Source of the DNA: Octopus vulgaris | Lineage: Eukaryota | DNA: 64,000 bases | NCBI GenBank assembly: GCA_951406725.2 | Contig: OX597817.1 | Coordinates: 33,976,001 to 34,040,000, forward strand | Direction: 5' to 3' | Part shown: positions 40,734-52,927 of the stretch, piece by piece | Position numbering within the stretch: the stretch's first letter is position 1 | Layout: the number at the start of each line of letters is the position of its first letter | Translations under genes and position numbers: made by a program | Notes under the pieces: model-generated | Told to the model about the DNA's origin: nothing | The model's database searches: none | What the model saw: only the letters and a program-made list of their open reading frames with translations

Positions 40734-40964
40734 GGCGGCGAGCTGGCAGAATCGTTAGCCCGCCGGGCGAAATGCTTAGCAGTATTTCGTCTGCCGCTAC
40801 GTTCTGAGTTCAAATTCCGCCGAGGTCGACTTTGCCTTTCATCCTTTCGGGGTCGATAAATAAAGTACCAGTTTCGCACTGGGGTCGATGTAATCGACTT
40901 AATCCCTTTGTCTGTCCTTGTTTGTCCCCTCTATGTTTAGCCCCTTGTGGGTAGTAAAGAAATA
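40734..40964 (+). mobile_element. Family C SINE, full length, young (Nin-domain-like core)
   Basis: TSD TATAG(T/C)TTTAAAAGAG; head GGCGGCGAGCTGGCAGAATCG, B box GAGTTCAAATTCC, core GCCTTTCATCCTTTCGGGGTCGATAAA. Confidence 0.9.
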
Positions 40965-41252
40965 TATAGCTTTAAAAGAGCTAATGTATTTGAATACTTA
41001 TAGACTACCATACTTTTTCACCTCTCGCGTAACATTCATTCCACCTCATGTCAATATTTATAATTGCTGATTACTGCCGACATCGTTCCTCGTTCTCTCG
41101 TAGTAATTGTTGCGAATAACAGAATGTGTGTTGTGATGGGTCATTGCTGTTTCTATTTAGTAATCAACTTTTGGGGAGGGGAAAACATTGTTTTTTTTTT
41201 CTTTTAAATTTTCTTTGACGATGCTTTCAAGGGTTTACTTCTTGTTTCTTAG

Positions 41253-41301
41253 ATTCAGTTTTGTTCATCAATAAACTGGTTCATTTTCGATTGTAGCTAA
41301 G
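41253..41301 (+). other. Candidate 49-nt non-coding exon
   Basis: ttcttgtttcttag|ATTC...CTAAG|gtaact; stops in all three frames. Confidence 0.4.
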
Positions 41302-43454
41302 GTAACTCTGAAAGTTTGTTACGATATTTTTAGCTTATCCAATTATTTGCATCAGAACTCAAAACAAAAGACGATAAATCTAAACCTATCCATCTATAGT
41401 AAAAACGTACAATCATTATAGTCATCACCATCATGAACCTTATTGATAAGAACAATTATAATATTTAGGAAAGAAAAACATGTTTATAAGAGCAATAGTA
41501 AAAAAAACAAAACAATTAGGCATAAACAAACAAAAAATAATAAGCCAAGCAAATTGGAAATAGCAGTTGTATAAAACCAGAACAATAGCAATAATGTAAT
41601 TCTGACACAGAAACCCAACAAGTGGTGACAAGAGAGCGAGGGGACCTCTACGTGGTCGTTTGACCTGCTAGAAATAGTAACCGAATTACCCTCATCAAAC
41701 TAAATCGTTTTAGAAAAGAACATTGTATTACGTGGTATTTGGTTTTCTGTATAAGAAAAAATGATAGGATGGTTACGGCTGGAACGCTTTTGATCATAGC
41801 TTGCTCGGTCTGGGTCAACATAGGCTAAACGGCAAAAACAATAAAAACATTGGTTAACGTGTGTGCATGTGTGTCGGAGTGTTCTTAGCGGTCGCTCGAA
41901 ATAGCAAATAAATCTCCCTCAAATCATGCCCCACTGCCCGTGTAAAAAAAAAAGAAGACCACTTTAAATAATACAGTCTACTGTCTCGAAAACCTAAGAC
42001 TGGATGATCAATGTTTGAGTGCTTTTGGTCGTAGGTCTACTCGGTCAGAATTGGCATGGGGTTAAAATAAAAACTAACCCCACAATATTCGCTCGATTTG
42101 CAAGAAATGGCAGCTAAATCACACACTGAACGGTATAGTACTGGCTGTACAAAGTGCAGTAGTCATGGCTGGGATATTTTTGATCCTAAGTTTGCTTACA
42201 CGGGGTTGGTCGGATCTAAATATTATCCAGCCTCGAATCAGTCCTGATTTGATCAAAGCATTCCAAGAGTGACCATCTCGTCTTTGTTTTGGATTATGTG
42301 AAGGATTACAGTATTCAGTATGCCCTTTCATTATTTAAGACAAAGAACGACTTGAGGGATACTTGCCTGCTATTTTTAACAGTTAGACCGACCACACACA
42401 CACAAATGTAATTAAATAGATGACAATAGGATGTTATGCAGTGAACTTCTTTAGCTTGCAGCTGTTTCTGCTATGACAAGCAATGCATTCAGAGCTGAGT
42501 TCTTGTGCACCTTATAGCAGAAACAGGTTAGCTGATGAAGTTCATTGTATAATTTCCTTGTTATGTATTTAATTTCGTACTACACTCTGTACTCAACTAA
42601 CGCTTTATTCTCAAACACGTGTATATAGCTGAATTTTAGGTATAAAAGGTGAGGATCGCATCGCATTCGAGATCGCATAGTACTTGATTAAATATGGTAA
42701 CGAAGAATGAAGACTGTCGATTCCCAAGCTATTATTAATCACCTTTTTTGTTATAAGTACAAGGCCCGTAATTTTGGGGAGGAGACCAGTCGATTACCAG
42801 GAGGCCCCAATACTTAGCTGGCATTTAATTTATTGACCCCGAAATACTGAAAAGCTAAATCGACCTCGGCGGAATTTGAACTCAGAACGTAAAGCCAGAC
42901 GATTCTACCATCTTACCGCCTTGGTAGTATTAACAAAGATTATAACAACATTACTGAAACTATAACTACTACCAATAATAGGTCGCTCGACTTACTAAAA
43001 AGAGCAGCTAAATTTCCCTGAAATCACACCCTACCGCCTTAGAAAAGGACTCTTTAGATAATGTGGTGTACGGTTCCTTGCATACAGGAAAAAGACGGGA
43101 TTGCTATGGTTGGAATACCTTTAATCATAAATCTCCTCTGTCAGGAATGGTCTAAGACTAAGCAGCAACTATAACTATGAACCTGTGAAGAAGCTTCTAT
43201 CCGGCTACTGGACATAGGCCCCAAAATAGGGGGTGTAGTGGATGCAAACGCACCCCTTAACATTTTTGTGGGGCAATGGAAACGCTTGGAACATCCTCCT
43301 GAAAATCTTCATTACAAAATCGAACGAGCGAAGAAACATTTTTGACTGATTTGAAACATTACTTTTCCATTATTGGATTTATATAATTTGATTACGTACA
43401 ACAACAACAAGAACAACAGTAATTATAATAATAATAATAATTATACTATTATTA

Positions 43455-44030
43455 TGATCACACTGCCGCCCTCCTTCAATTGGGCAGGCAAGGCAGTTTT
43501 CCTTTGCCTGGTGGCTGTGGCGAAAGAGGTTGTTTGGTGGACAAGACTGAAAGGCATGAGAACAGATACATTCCTCTTTGGTAGAGCTTCCATTGACTTC
43601 TTCAAGTTTCACTTGAAAAGGAAATTGAGAATGGAGAGCGAAGTGCTGCCCTCGAGTGAGTTTCTTGAAAGGTGGGAGAAAGTTGCAAAAATGGCAAGAG
43701 TGGATGGTACTTCTCAAAGTGTAGACCTGTGAGTCGGAGAGAAGGAATTGTCGAGGGCACTAGGGTTTCAGGGAAATCTCGGACAGTGGGGTTCCTTGAC
43801 TGTCCCTAGAAGCATTCCTGTATCAAGAAGGTCACATTTCTATCATCCCCCCTGCTACTTTTTTTAAAACCTTTGTATGCTATGCATATGTCCCTTCTTT
43901 TTACTGTATACTTTCCTTTATATGTAAACCCCCACACTTTATGTCTGTCTTTATATTGTCCCCTCATCCTTCGCCCTTGTAGCAAATAAATGAAATTATT
44001 ATTATTATTATTATTATTATCATTATTATG
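43455..44030 (+). mobile_element. L1/Tx1-clade LINE 3' end
   Basis: LVAVAKEVVWWTRLK...EFLERW C-terminus, UTR, AATAAA and (ATT)n tail. Confidence 0.7.
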
Positions 44031-44255
44031 TTTTTTCCTTCTTTCTTCAAATTTTCTTCCGTTTCTCGCCGAGTGTTTTCCATACACCTCGGGCAGAGAA
44101 TGGCATTGTATGCATTCCCAGATTACACGCGCAAATTTACAGATAAAATAGGTATTTAAAAATTAATAAATAAATAAATTCAGGGGTGGATGTTATTTTC
44201 ACAACGATAGTGCTCTTCTCAGTACATTATTATTATTATTTTATTATTATTATTA

Positions 44256-44601
44256 TATGTTTGACTTTTGCTTTGTATTTTTACAAGTTGACTCCAAGTC
44301 TCACCCAGAGACCTCAAGAGACAACAAGTTCAAGTTGGTGTTATGCCTAAGGTGTCATATATTTGGTTTTGCACATTGTATTGTTCTAGAGAATGTTTAA
44401 GAAAGCATAAGAAAATTATAAGTTTGTTTTAAAATTTGAGATTACATAGACAATGTTTTACGTAGGATATGGGTAGTTTCCATGAGCACTATCTTTTGAA
44501 TTTCTGCCATTTGGGGGTTTCCTGGTATCTGAGCTAGGTAGGAATCAGCCCCTTTTGCTATAATTCCTCGGGCACCCATGACAACAGGTATTGTTTTAGT
44601 C
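44256..44601 (-). mobile_element. R4/Dong-like RLE retrotransposon 3' end inserted in (TAA)n
   Basis: Minus strand KTIPVVMGARGIIAKG...EIQKIVLMETTHILRKTLSM*; ATT repeats on both sides. Confidence 0.75.
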
Positions 44602-44634
<33 letters not shown>

Positions 44635-44648
44635 CATCATCATTATCA

Positions 44649-44695
<47 letters not shown>

Positions 44696-45780
44696 GCACC
44701 CGTATTTATTTTGATATTAAAATTGAAAAGATCGACCTTGTTCGTAAAATATTTTGGATCTAAGTCTACACCCACTAAGCAGATTTCTTTTTCGCACTTA
44801 TGCCACTTGCCTAACTAGAAATAGCAGCCAAATATTTTAAAATCGTATCCGTACTGTCTTAAAAAGAGGAAGGTTACATTAGATGATATCATCTTAATTA
44901 TACAAAAAGGCGGAGCAGTCATAGCTGGAAGGCTTTTGTCGTAGGTCTGCTCGATCAAGACTGACTTGGATCTAAACAACAGTGTGCTGATTTTCATACT
45001 TCCACGTTATGTTAGACAGGACACAGAAGAAAGAAACAATAAACAGCTAAATATTGGGTAGCATGTCGGTGTTGGTATTTAGAATAACATTCACTGAATA
45101 GCATTGTTACGTTGTAGCACACTACATCCGAATTGCTAGAAACAGCAACTAATTTCTCCCTCATACCACTGCTGTCTTAAGGTATGGCCACACTGAGCAA
45201 TTGCTCAGGAGGTCACGAGTCTAGGGGCTCAATGTTAATCAATGTATGCTGTGTTTAAAAATGTAGTACCCCAGTACATCGCTTTGCCTCGGGCGGAACA
45301 CTCAATGCTTTTAAGACTGTTCTACCTTAAACCATGCTTTACTCTGTTGGAGAAAAGGAAATGTCATAATAGTCGAAAATATCCCTTAAAATGACAGCAT
45401 AAAGTCAAGGCCAGAATGCTTTTCATTCTAGGTCTGCTTGATCACAATTGACCCAGGGCAAAACAACACGAACGACTCTTAACAATAAGCAAAGCTTTAC
45501 ACGCTTCTCGGATAACATCCACTACCACCATCACCAGCAATAAATGATTGCTGTAACAGATAAAGCTAAAAATAGCGGTGATAGCCCTTAACGTCATTAA
45601 CGATCGGCTGTAAACATCGATAACATTCAGTTTGCAACATAAACAATGAAAAACCGCAGCAAACAGTGAAATAACGAAATGACCATCGATGATAACAACA
45701 TCGATATATATACATCTACAAATACCCACCCCCTAATTCTATCAATAACAGTCGCATTTGCCATCACTCTTGCTGTTGCA

Positions 45781-45837
<57 letters not shown>

Positions 45838-45899
45838 GTCGATTTATCTATCTATCTATCTATCTGTCGATTTATCTATCTATCTATCTATCTGTCGAT

Positions 45900-45939
<40 letters not shown>

Positions 45940-45984
45940 GAAACAGGTTCTCTCTCCCTCTATCTATCTATCTATGAAACAGGT

Positions 45985-46040
<56 letters not shown>

Positions 46041-46100
46041 CCTATCTATCTGTCTATCTATCTATCTATCTATCTATCTATCCGTCTATCTATCTATCCG

Positions 46101-46135
<35 letters not shown>

Positions 46136-46192
46136 GTCTATCTATCTATGAAACAGGTTCTCTCTCCCTCTCTCTCTATCTATGAAACAGGT

Positions 46193-46274
<82 letters not shown>

Positions 46275-46282
46275 CATCTATC
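45781..46282. repeat. (TATC)n array with interspersed GAAACAGGTTC and TGTCGATT cassettes
   Basis: Read directly. Confidence 0.95.
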
Positions 46283-46422
46283 TGCCTGTGTCTGTCTGTT
46301 GTTTATATCTAATTCCATATTTATCTATTTTTGTCTTCCTATCCAGCTAATATTGTTTGCCTGTCTTCGTATTTGTTTATATCACGTTCTGTGAAGTGTC
46401 TGGGTGTTTTTTTTTTTTCAAG

Positions 46423-46802
46423 TTGTTAACCACCCACTGTCGATGCAATTCTGAAAATACTTCCCGAGGCCGCATCGACCCTCCTTAATATATCTGAAGA
46501 GATACTGTCATCTAAAACTGTCACAGAGTTTTCTCAAGATATACTTCCAAAATATACAATATAAATATAAGGACAAGGGAGATATCGACCTTACATTATA
46601 TTAAATGTAACTTAACAGCTGGGTGGATCTGTGTATGCATATATCGTGTAACATACATGACAAGGACTTTGTAAAGTTCTGCGGCGGTTAATTTATTGAA
46701 TGAGTTAGATATATGTATAAATATTTTATTTGTTTGTCTGCAAAATTTACTACGAAAGCGTATATAGAAGCAAGAAAGGTAAACAGTTGCAGGAAAACCG
46801 AG
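46423..46802 (+). other. Candidate non-coding exon or alternative 5' end
   Basis: T-tract acceptor ttttcaag|TTG, donors AAG|gtaaac (~46779) and GAG|gtaatg (46803), in a CpG-retaining block. Confidence 0.3.
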
Positions 46803-49265
46803 GTAATGTTCTTAGCTTGAAGTGTTTTTCCGTTTAAAGAAAAATAAGATTGCATGCCCTAAAGTTAGTTTAACTAGCTTACAATGTCAACTAAAACAGA
46901 AAATTTAAAGAAAGAATGTGTGTGTGTGTGTGTGAATCAGGAACAGCTTTTCTTGTAAACAAGTTATATTAAAAACATGACTGTGTCTTAGTTTGATTAT
47001 TTTTTTATAAAAAAAAAAATTTCGTGCTTCCTTATTTGGACCTTTATTTTGAAAATGAGAGTGTGAAAGTCTTGAAAGGTCAGACCAATGGATTTTGGAA
47101 CGTTATTGTTCCAAACCTAACTTAGATCACTGATAAGGAAATATGAAAAATATTCCGTAAAAAAGACCAAACATAAACATAATCGTGTTACACACACACA
47201 CATAATTGTCCGAGCATGGTTCGTATGTTAGAAAAAAGAACACTTATTAGACAGAAAGTGGATATAATTTTCATGCAAACACACATATTCATACATGTAT
47301 GCATGTTTGTACATATTGTATATATATGCATGTATAAATACAAAGGAAAAAAAATAAAGGCAATGCAAGAAACTTGCGACAAAGATAAATAAATTATGAC
47401 TTTTGTGTTCCACACAGCCGGATAGATAGACAGATTGAGAGAGAGAGGGACAGAGAGAGAGAGAGAGAGAGATGTTTATACATGTGGTTTATATGTATGT
47501 ATATATTTTCAATTTATTGTGTACATGTTTATGTGTATGATATACATTTTATAAATACAGACTCGTATATATATATGAAAATAAATATATGTGCATGTGC
47601 GCATTTTGTCCCCATAAAACAGGTTCTTGACATAATACAGCATTCTTCATTCATTCGTTTTTGCTAGAAAGCTAAAAAAAAATTTCTCAAGTGCCATGAC
47701 AATTGTTATTTGGAATGTAATCTTGTTTACTAAGAGTGATCTATGTTTGGTTTGGAACAAAAAAAAAGAAAAGAAAGCTACAGTTGAAATTATACAACGA
47801 AGTTTTATAATTTCTTTGTAATAAACATTTAAAAAGGGAATGAATTTGAAACACTGGAAATATTTCTATTAATTTATAAGTCTACCTGTGTGTATTTACC
47901 TTATTTAAATTCGGTGTGTGTTCTTCTGTAGCTGTTGTGTAATCATGTATCTATTCTTGAATAAAATGTTATGTGCATATTTGTTTATGTGCATGTAAGT
48001 TCGAGCATATAATTTGTAAAGCACCGGACTAAATGCTTCAAAGTATTTAACTACGTTTGTATATTTAAAATGCAAATTCCGTCGAGGTCGACTTTTTTAC
48101 ATTTCCAAAATTGTTAGAATAACCAATTGCATCGAAGCCGATTCGATCAGCTCTACTCAGCTGCAAAATGCGTGGCCTTGAAGTCATGTAAATTATTATT
48201 ATATATATATATATATATATATATACGCACGCACACATACGAACGTGGATTTCAATATATTAACAATGTATTGAAAATATTGTATTTCTGTGACGTCTTT
48301 CTGTGTTTCACATGACTGTAACAATGTGAATTCCGTAACAAAGAGGAAAAGATTAAAAAATGCCAGTTTCTTTGTATATAATAAATGTGTGTGAGTACCG
48401 TAGATTGTTGGTATGTTCGTCGCGACCATTTCATATTTTATTCAGTCGTCCAGTGTGTTTTGCTGTTTAAGTGAGTAAGTAGAGTGTGATTTAAGGCAGA
48501 TCATGCTGCTATTTCTAGCCAGTCGGGCGACTACATAGAGATTCGTTGGTGATGTTTAGTGTAGAATAATGGTCTGTGTCTATGACTTGGGTTCAGTCTT
48601 CGATTACTCTTCTCGACTGTGCCCATTCTTTTCTATTAAAAGAAAAATAATACTGCATGTCCTAAAGTTACTTCAATTAACAAAGTCAAAACTAAAATTG
48701 AAAATTTAAAGAAAGAATATAATAAATTCTAGTTTTAAAAAAAAATATGTGTATATGTGATTACCATTGAGTCCGTGCATAATTCCCTTTTCGTTGCTCA
48801 TGCATACTTGTAACAGGTTTGGTAGCATTTCTGCCATTGAGTCTCAGATGACTAACTAACCCCGATTTTGTTTTAAATTTTTTATGACAAATTTAGTGAA
48901 TAGTTTGGTCAACATCACTCTAACAGTAGTCCTGCTCTGCCCTTGTGCATTTGTCCAAAATGCATTTTCAGCTCATCAGTAGATGAGCATCACTTAGACA
49001 AAAGGAACAGCTGTGTACCATAAGTGTGGTTATAACTGTACACATATAATCATCTTATGCTGGTCTCCTGATATGTGGCCTTTCATGGATGACATATCCA
49101 TTTTTTGAAAGTGTAATGCAACCAGGTGAGATTATCTCTTGACTCTCTATGATTCAGAACTTTGATATCCTGCAGTTTTCTGATATTACATTTCAATATT
49201 TAATGGGAAACCAGGATTTTCTGAAAACTGCTAGTTACAGTATTATAGGCTGCCTTTTATTTCTT

Positions 49266-49495
49266 ATTTCTTTACTGTCCACAAGGGGCTACACACGGAG
49301 GTGACAAACAAGGACAGACGAATGGATTAAGTCAATTATATCGACTCCAGTGCATGACTGGTACTTATTTAATCGACCCCAAAAGGATGAAAGGCAAAGT
49401 CAACCTTGGCAGAATTTGAACTCAGAATGTAGCGGCAGACGAAATACCGATAAACATTTTGACTGGCGTGCTAGCGTTTCTGCCAGCTTGCTGCC
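49266..49495 (-). mobile_element. Family C SINE
   Basis: Full-length homology. Confidence 0.85.
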
Positions 49496-49819
49496 TTTTT
49501 ATTTCTATTCAATACAATATGTTCCCTATGTACAGCAAAAATGTTCAACAATTTAAAATTGTATATTGTAGCATTACAAATTCTCATTCTAGATGCTTAC
49601 ATAAAGCTACTTTGCCATAAAATAATCACTTTGGAAGCCTGAAATCAAAAGCTTAATGACATGACCAACCCATTACAAATGGTACTTAATGAGGTGAGCT
49701 TCCATACTGAGACGACCTGCTTTTCCCTGCACTTCTGTGTTCAGGTGTAAAAGATTTCCAACTGATGTTTAACCTACACCTTAGATACTTCTGGTGAAAT
49801 CTCCTTTTTTTCTTTCACT

Positions 49820-50190
49820 TGCTAAGTTATGAAGGAAGAGCAGCGCTCACGAAGCTGGTAAAATTAATACTGTTAATGTTCTGTTTAAACTGTTGCAGGT
49901 CAACATTTGCAGGAAAGACATAAGGAGGGAGGAAATTCCAGAAGGATGATGTTCTAGGAATGAAAGATTGGGCATAGAGATTAGGGCAAGAAAAGGGTGT
50001 TTGGCTACATTAAGGTTGACAAAAAGTGGAGAGGTGAGTGGGATGGAGTTGCCCGAGCAGTGGCGCTACAAGACTAGTGTACTTTGAGGAGCAGAGGCCA
50101 TTCATTTCAAAAATGGTGGAAAAATCAGTTAAAACAGTTCTTTATGAACAGAGGATGGAATGCATCTGTTAGTGATGGAGTACTCATCTG
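49820..50190 (-). mobile_element. CR1/L2 LINE 3' remnant
   Basis: Minus strand SFIPRTSSFWNFLPPYVFPANVDLQQFKQNIN. Confidence 0.7.
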
Positions 50191-50245
50191 TACTCCATCA
50201 CTGTCACATCACATCTCTCTTTAGCTAATTGCTTTGCAGTCTTAA

Positions 50246-50467
50246 CCTTTCTGATACCAAACTGCCTGAAACTTCCCCTGGTTCTATGATACAAACTTCC
50301 TGCTTTAAAGTAAGCTAAATTAAAACCTTCCCACAAAATTTCTTGTTAATTTATGTAACAAACACCAGGTTAATAATGATAAAATTATTTTAATAAATTC
50401 TTTGTTATTTTCAAAATCAGTTGAAACTAAGGCAGTGTATTTCAACAGAAATATGGTAACAAAAGGG
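50246..50467. mobile_element. piggyBac-like MITE
   Basis: TTAA flanks; CCTTTCTGATACC...GGTAACAAAAGGG termini. Confidence 0.75.
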
Positions 50468-51415
50468 TTAAACACTCCTATTCTCCTTTTCTCCATACAA
50501 TCTCTAAATGCTTTTGTCTGTGCCTCTTGGCTGCTTTGTATCTTCCATGCACTGCTTCTTTGGTTACCATACTCCTAACTCTCAGCCATTCTCTGAACCT
50601 CTTCCTTTTCTCATCTATTCTCTCTCCACTTTCATTATTCAATAACCACATTTCGAATTGTCTTTGTAATTTATCTTCATTTGTGCATCACCAATACCTT
50701 CTAACAAACTACCTTTCAGTGGCTTCCAACCAGTTTCAACCTCAACCATACACAGTTTCTCTCACAGAACCTCCCTCACAATCAACTCTTTCAATACCCA
50801 CATCTTCAGCTATGGTTGGTATTTCATTTGCCGAGAGCTTTCTTCCTATTTTTTACTTTCAAGTCACACACATCTAAATGGTGATGTATAACAACTTCCT
50901 CCCATGCAAATACCTTTAAATCTCAAGGAAATACAGGCATTTGCATGGGAGATATACTGGCAAATACCGTCATATCTCAAAGTTACCTCATCTCGCCTAC
51001 GTACCAAGTAGTCAGGTAGCCAACAATTGGCATCGACCCACCTGATGTGTATGTAATAAGTTTATGATTAGATTTTTGTAACCAAGTATTACAGATTTAT
51101 AAACCAGTTCTGTTGACAAAATCATTTCACCATTTTCAAGAATAGGCTGCATAAATAACCAATGAGCCAAGTTATTTTCATCTGAATACATATCATAAAA
51201 TCCGCATTATAACACTTTCCAAAATTAGGTTTTAATTCAAGATATATGTTGATATTCTTCCCACAGCTAGTTTAATAGGTAACTACATAGTTTCACTGTT
51301 TATATGAATTTTTAATAGTTATCTCCATCTTTAATTGTCTGTTATAGGTCTTTATAAGCCATCTGTCTTAATGACAAAAGAGAAAACCATTTATGTGTTT
51401 CTGCTGCATAAGAAA

Positions 51416-51795
51416 CTCGTACTATGACCTGGCGTTGCCGGGTCATAGTGCTAGTGCATGCATATACAGTTGCGTGTGTGCGCACATACACGCGAGTACT
51501 GTCCAAATCTCCGACCAATCACATACAGCTAGCTGGCATTCAATTGGCGTATCAAGTTTTGGGTATTTTGATTGGGTTTTGGATAAAAAATTCACAAAAA
51601 AGTCACTTCTATTGATTTTTTAATGCCTTTGCTGGGTGACTGGGGAAATGTAAAGATGTGCATGACAACCCTTGGATGGTTTTGAATGACCATAGAAAGT
51701 GTGAACCCTCTAACTGAAAAATTGTGGATTTGTATAAAGGATACACACACACACACACACAGACAGAGGCATTTTGTCGTTTATATATATAGAGA
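51416..51795 (-). mobile_element. Non-autonomous Helitron
   Basis: Minus strand 5' TCTCTATATATATAAA, (GT)n, 3' hairpin ACCCGGCAACGCCAGGT and a CGAG end (decayed CTAG). Confidence 0.7.
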
Positions 51796-52799
51796 TTTCA
51801 AGCATTTTGGTAGACATTGCTAACTGGTGTGACTGACATAGGTAACTAATTAAATTAGGAGAAAGCATTTTGGATTTAAGCTTTAGATATACATCACTGT
51901 TAATCTCAGCTATGACGCTAGCATTATCTGTTTAATAGCTCCAGGTTTCTTTATATGTATTTTTTGTAATTAAACCAGATTTTAAAATGTAGTGGTGTAG
52001 CCTCTTCCATTAACAGGATCATTTCAACAAATTACTCTATACTCCTCAGGTACTTATGCCACACATCAGTGATGGTCTTTTCCTTATATAATTTGATGTC
52101 TTATTTTGACAGATTTTGCACAAAATCTTCAAACAGGTTTGTTGGCATATTGGCTTACTGACAATATTGAGTTTTACTGGCCATATATGATCATGTTTGT
52201 ATGAATGCAATAGTGAAAACCTAGAAATGTTATTGGAGACAGTTTGTTTTTGAACTGCCTGTATCAGATAAAAAGCTGTGGGTTTTTTTTAAGGGATAAT
52301 CAAGGATTATCATAGTGCTTCCCAGTATAGCTGGAGGAAGACAAGGGTGCAGTTTACTCTGGGTAACGCTTTTATGAGGGTGGTGCTTTTGGGTCTGCTA
52401 TATAAGCCTGTATAGACTTGGGGGCCTGGGTGGGGAGGTACCAAACTGAAGGTCTTCTCTGGGCTGTATATAGACTAGCTAAGCCACTGTGCTGGACCAT
52501 GCAATGGAAAAGACATTGTCTTACATACATTCTGTCACCACACAATATGAATAGAACACTATTACTCTCCTGGCATGTTGGTCAGCTAGATGCTGTAATG
52601 ACATTCTCTGATACAGACATGTTACATACTGAGACACACAAAATGAAAAGACCACTCTCACTCACATGCCATCTCATAACTGAGAACTGTACAAATGTTC
52701 TCTTGCACTGATTTATACATACTGGCACAGTAAATTATGATAAAACAAAAATTATTTTATATTGTTGGGGGTATTTGTCTCCCCTTCGTAAATATATAA

Positions 52800-52927
52800 G
52801 GACACAGGAAATGTGTCAAGGCTGACAGGAAGCGTCGATGCTTCCTAGGGCTAAACAGCGGTGGTGTAATTCCCTTACTGTCACGTTAAGTTGACAGTAT
52901 ACAACCACTCTATCACCCCACCACCGT
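52800..52927 (+). ncRNA. Candidate structured RNA element, class unknown
   Basis: GACACA/TGTGTC; GCTG/CAGC enclosing AGGAAGC/GCTTCCT; CGGTGGTG/CACCACCG enclosing TACTGTCA/TGACAGTA. Confidence 0.45.

Larger units (their letters stand above)
41640..45470. repeat. Cluster of ~8 diverged copies of an old ~190-bp repeat (family F)
   Basis: TGCTAGAAATAGCAGCCAAATCTCCCTC ... GGCTGGAATGCYTTTGATCATAGGTCTGCTCGATCAG...GGGCTAAACAAC at ~41640, 41885, 42090, 42225(-), 42980, 44805, 45130, 45310. Other copies at ~935(-), 5810, 8290(-), 24430, 48485(-), 57100(-). Confidence 0.7.

Noticed and set aside
42515-42545. GAAAC...CTGATGA as a permuted hammerhead
   Set aside because: No room for stem I, and both motifs are buried in the long hairpin arm.
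43373-43732. 119-aa ORF as a host gene
   Set aside because: The N-terminus is an AAT/AAC microsatellite fused to an L1/Tx1 C-terminal fragment.
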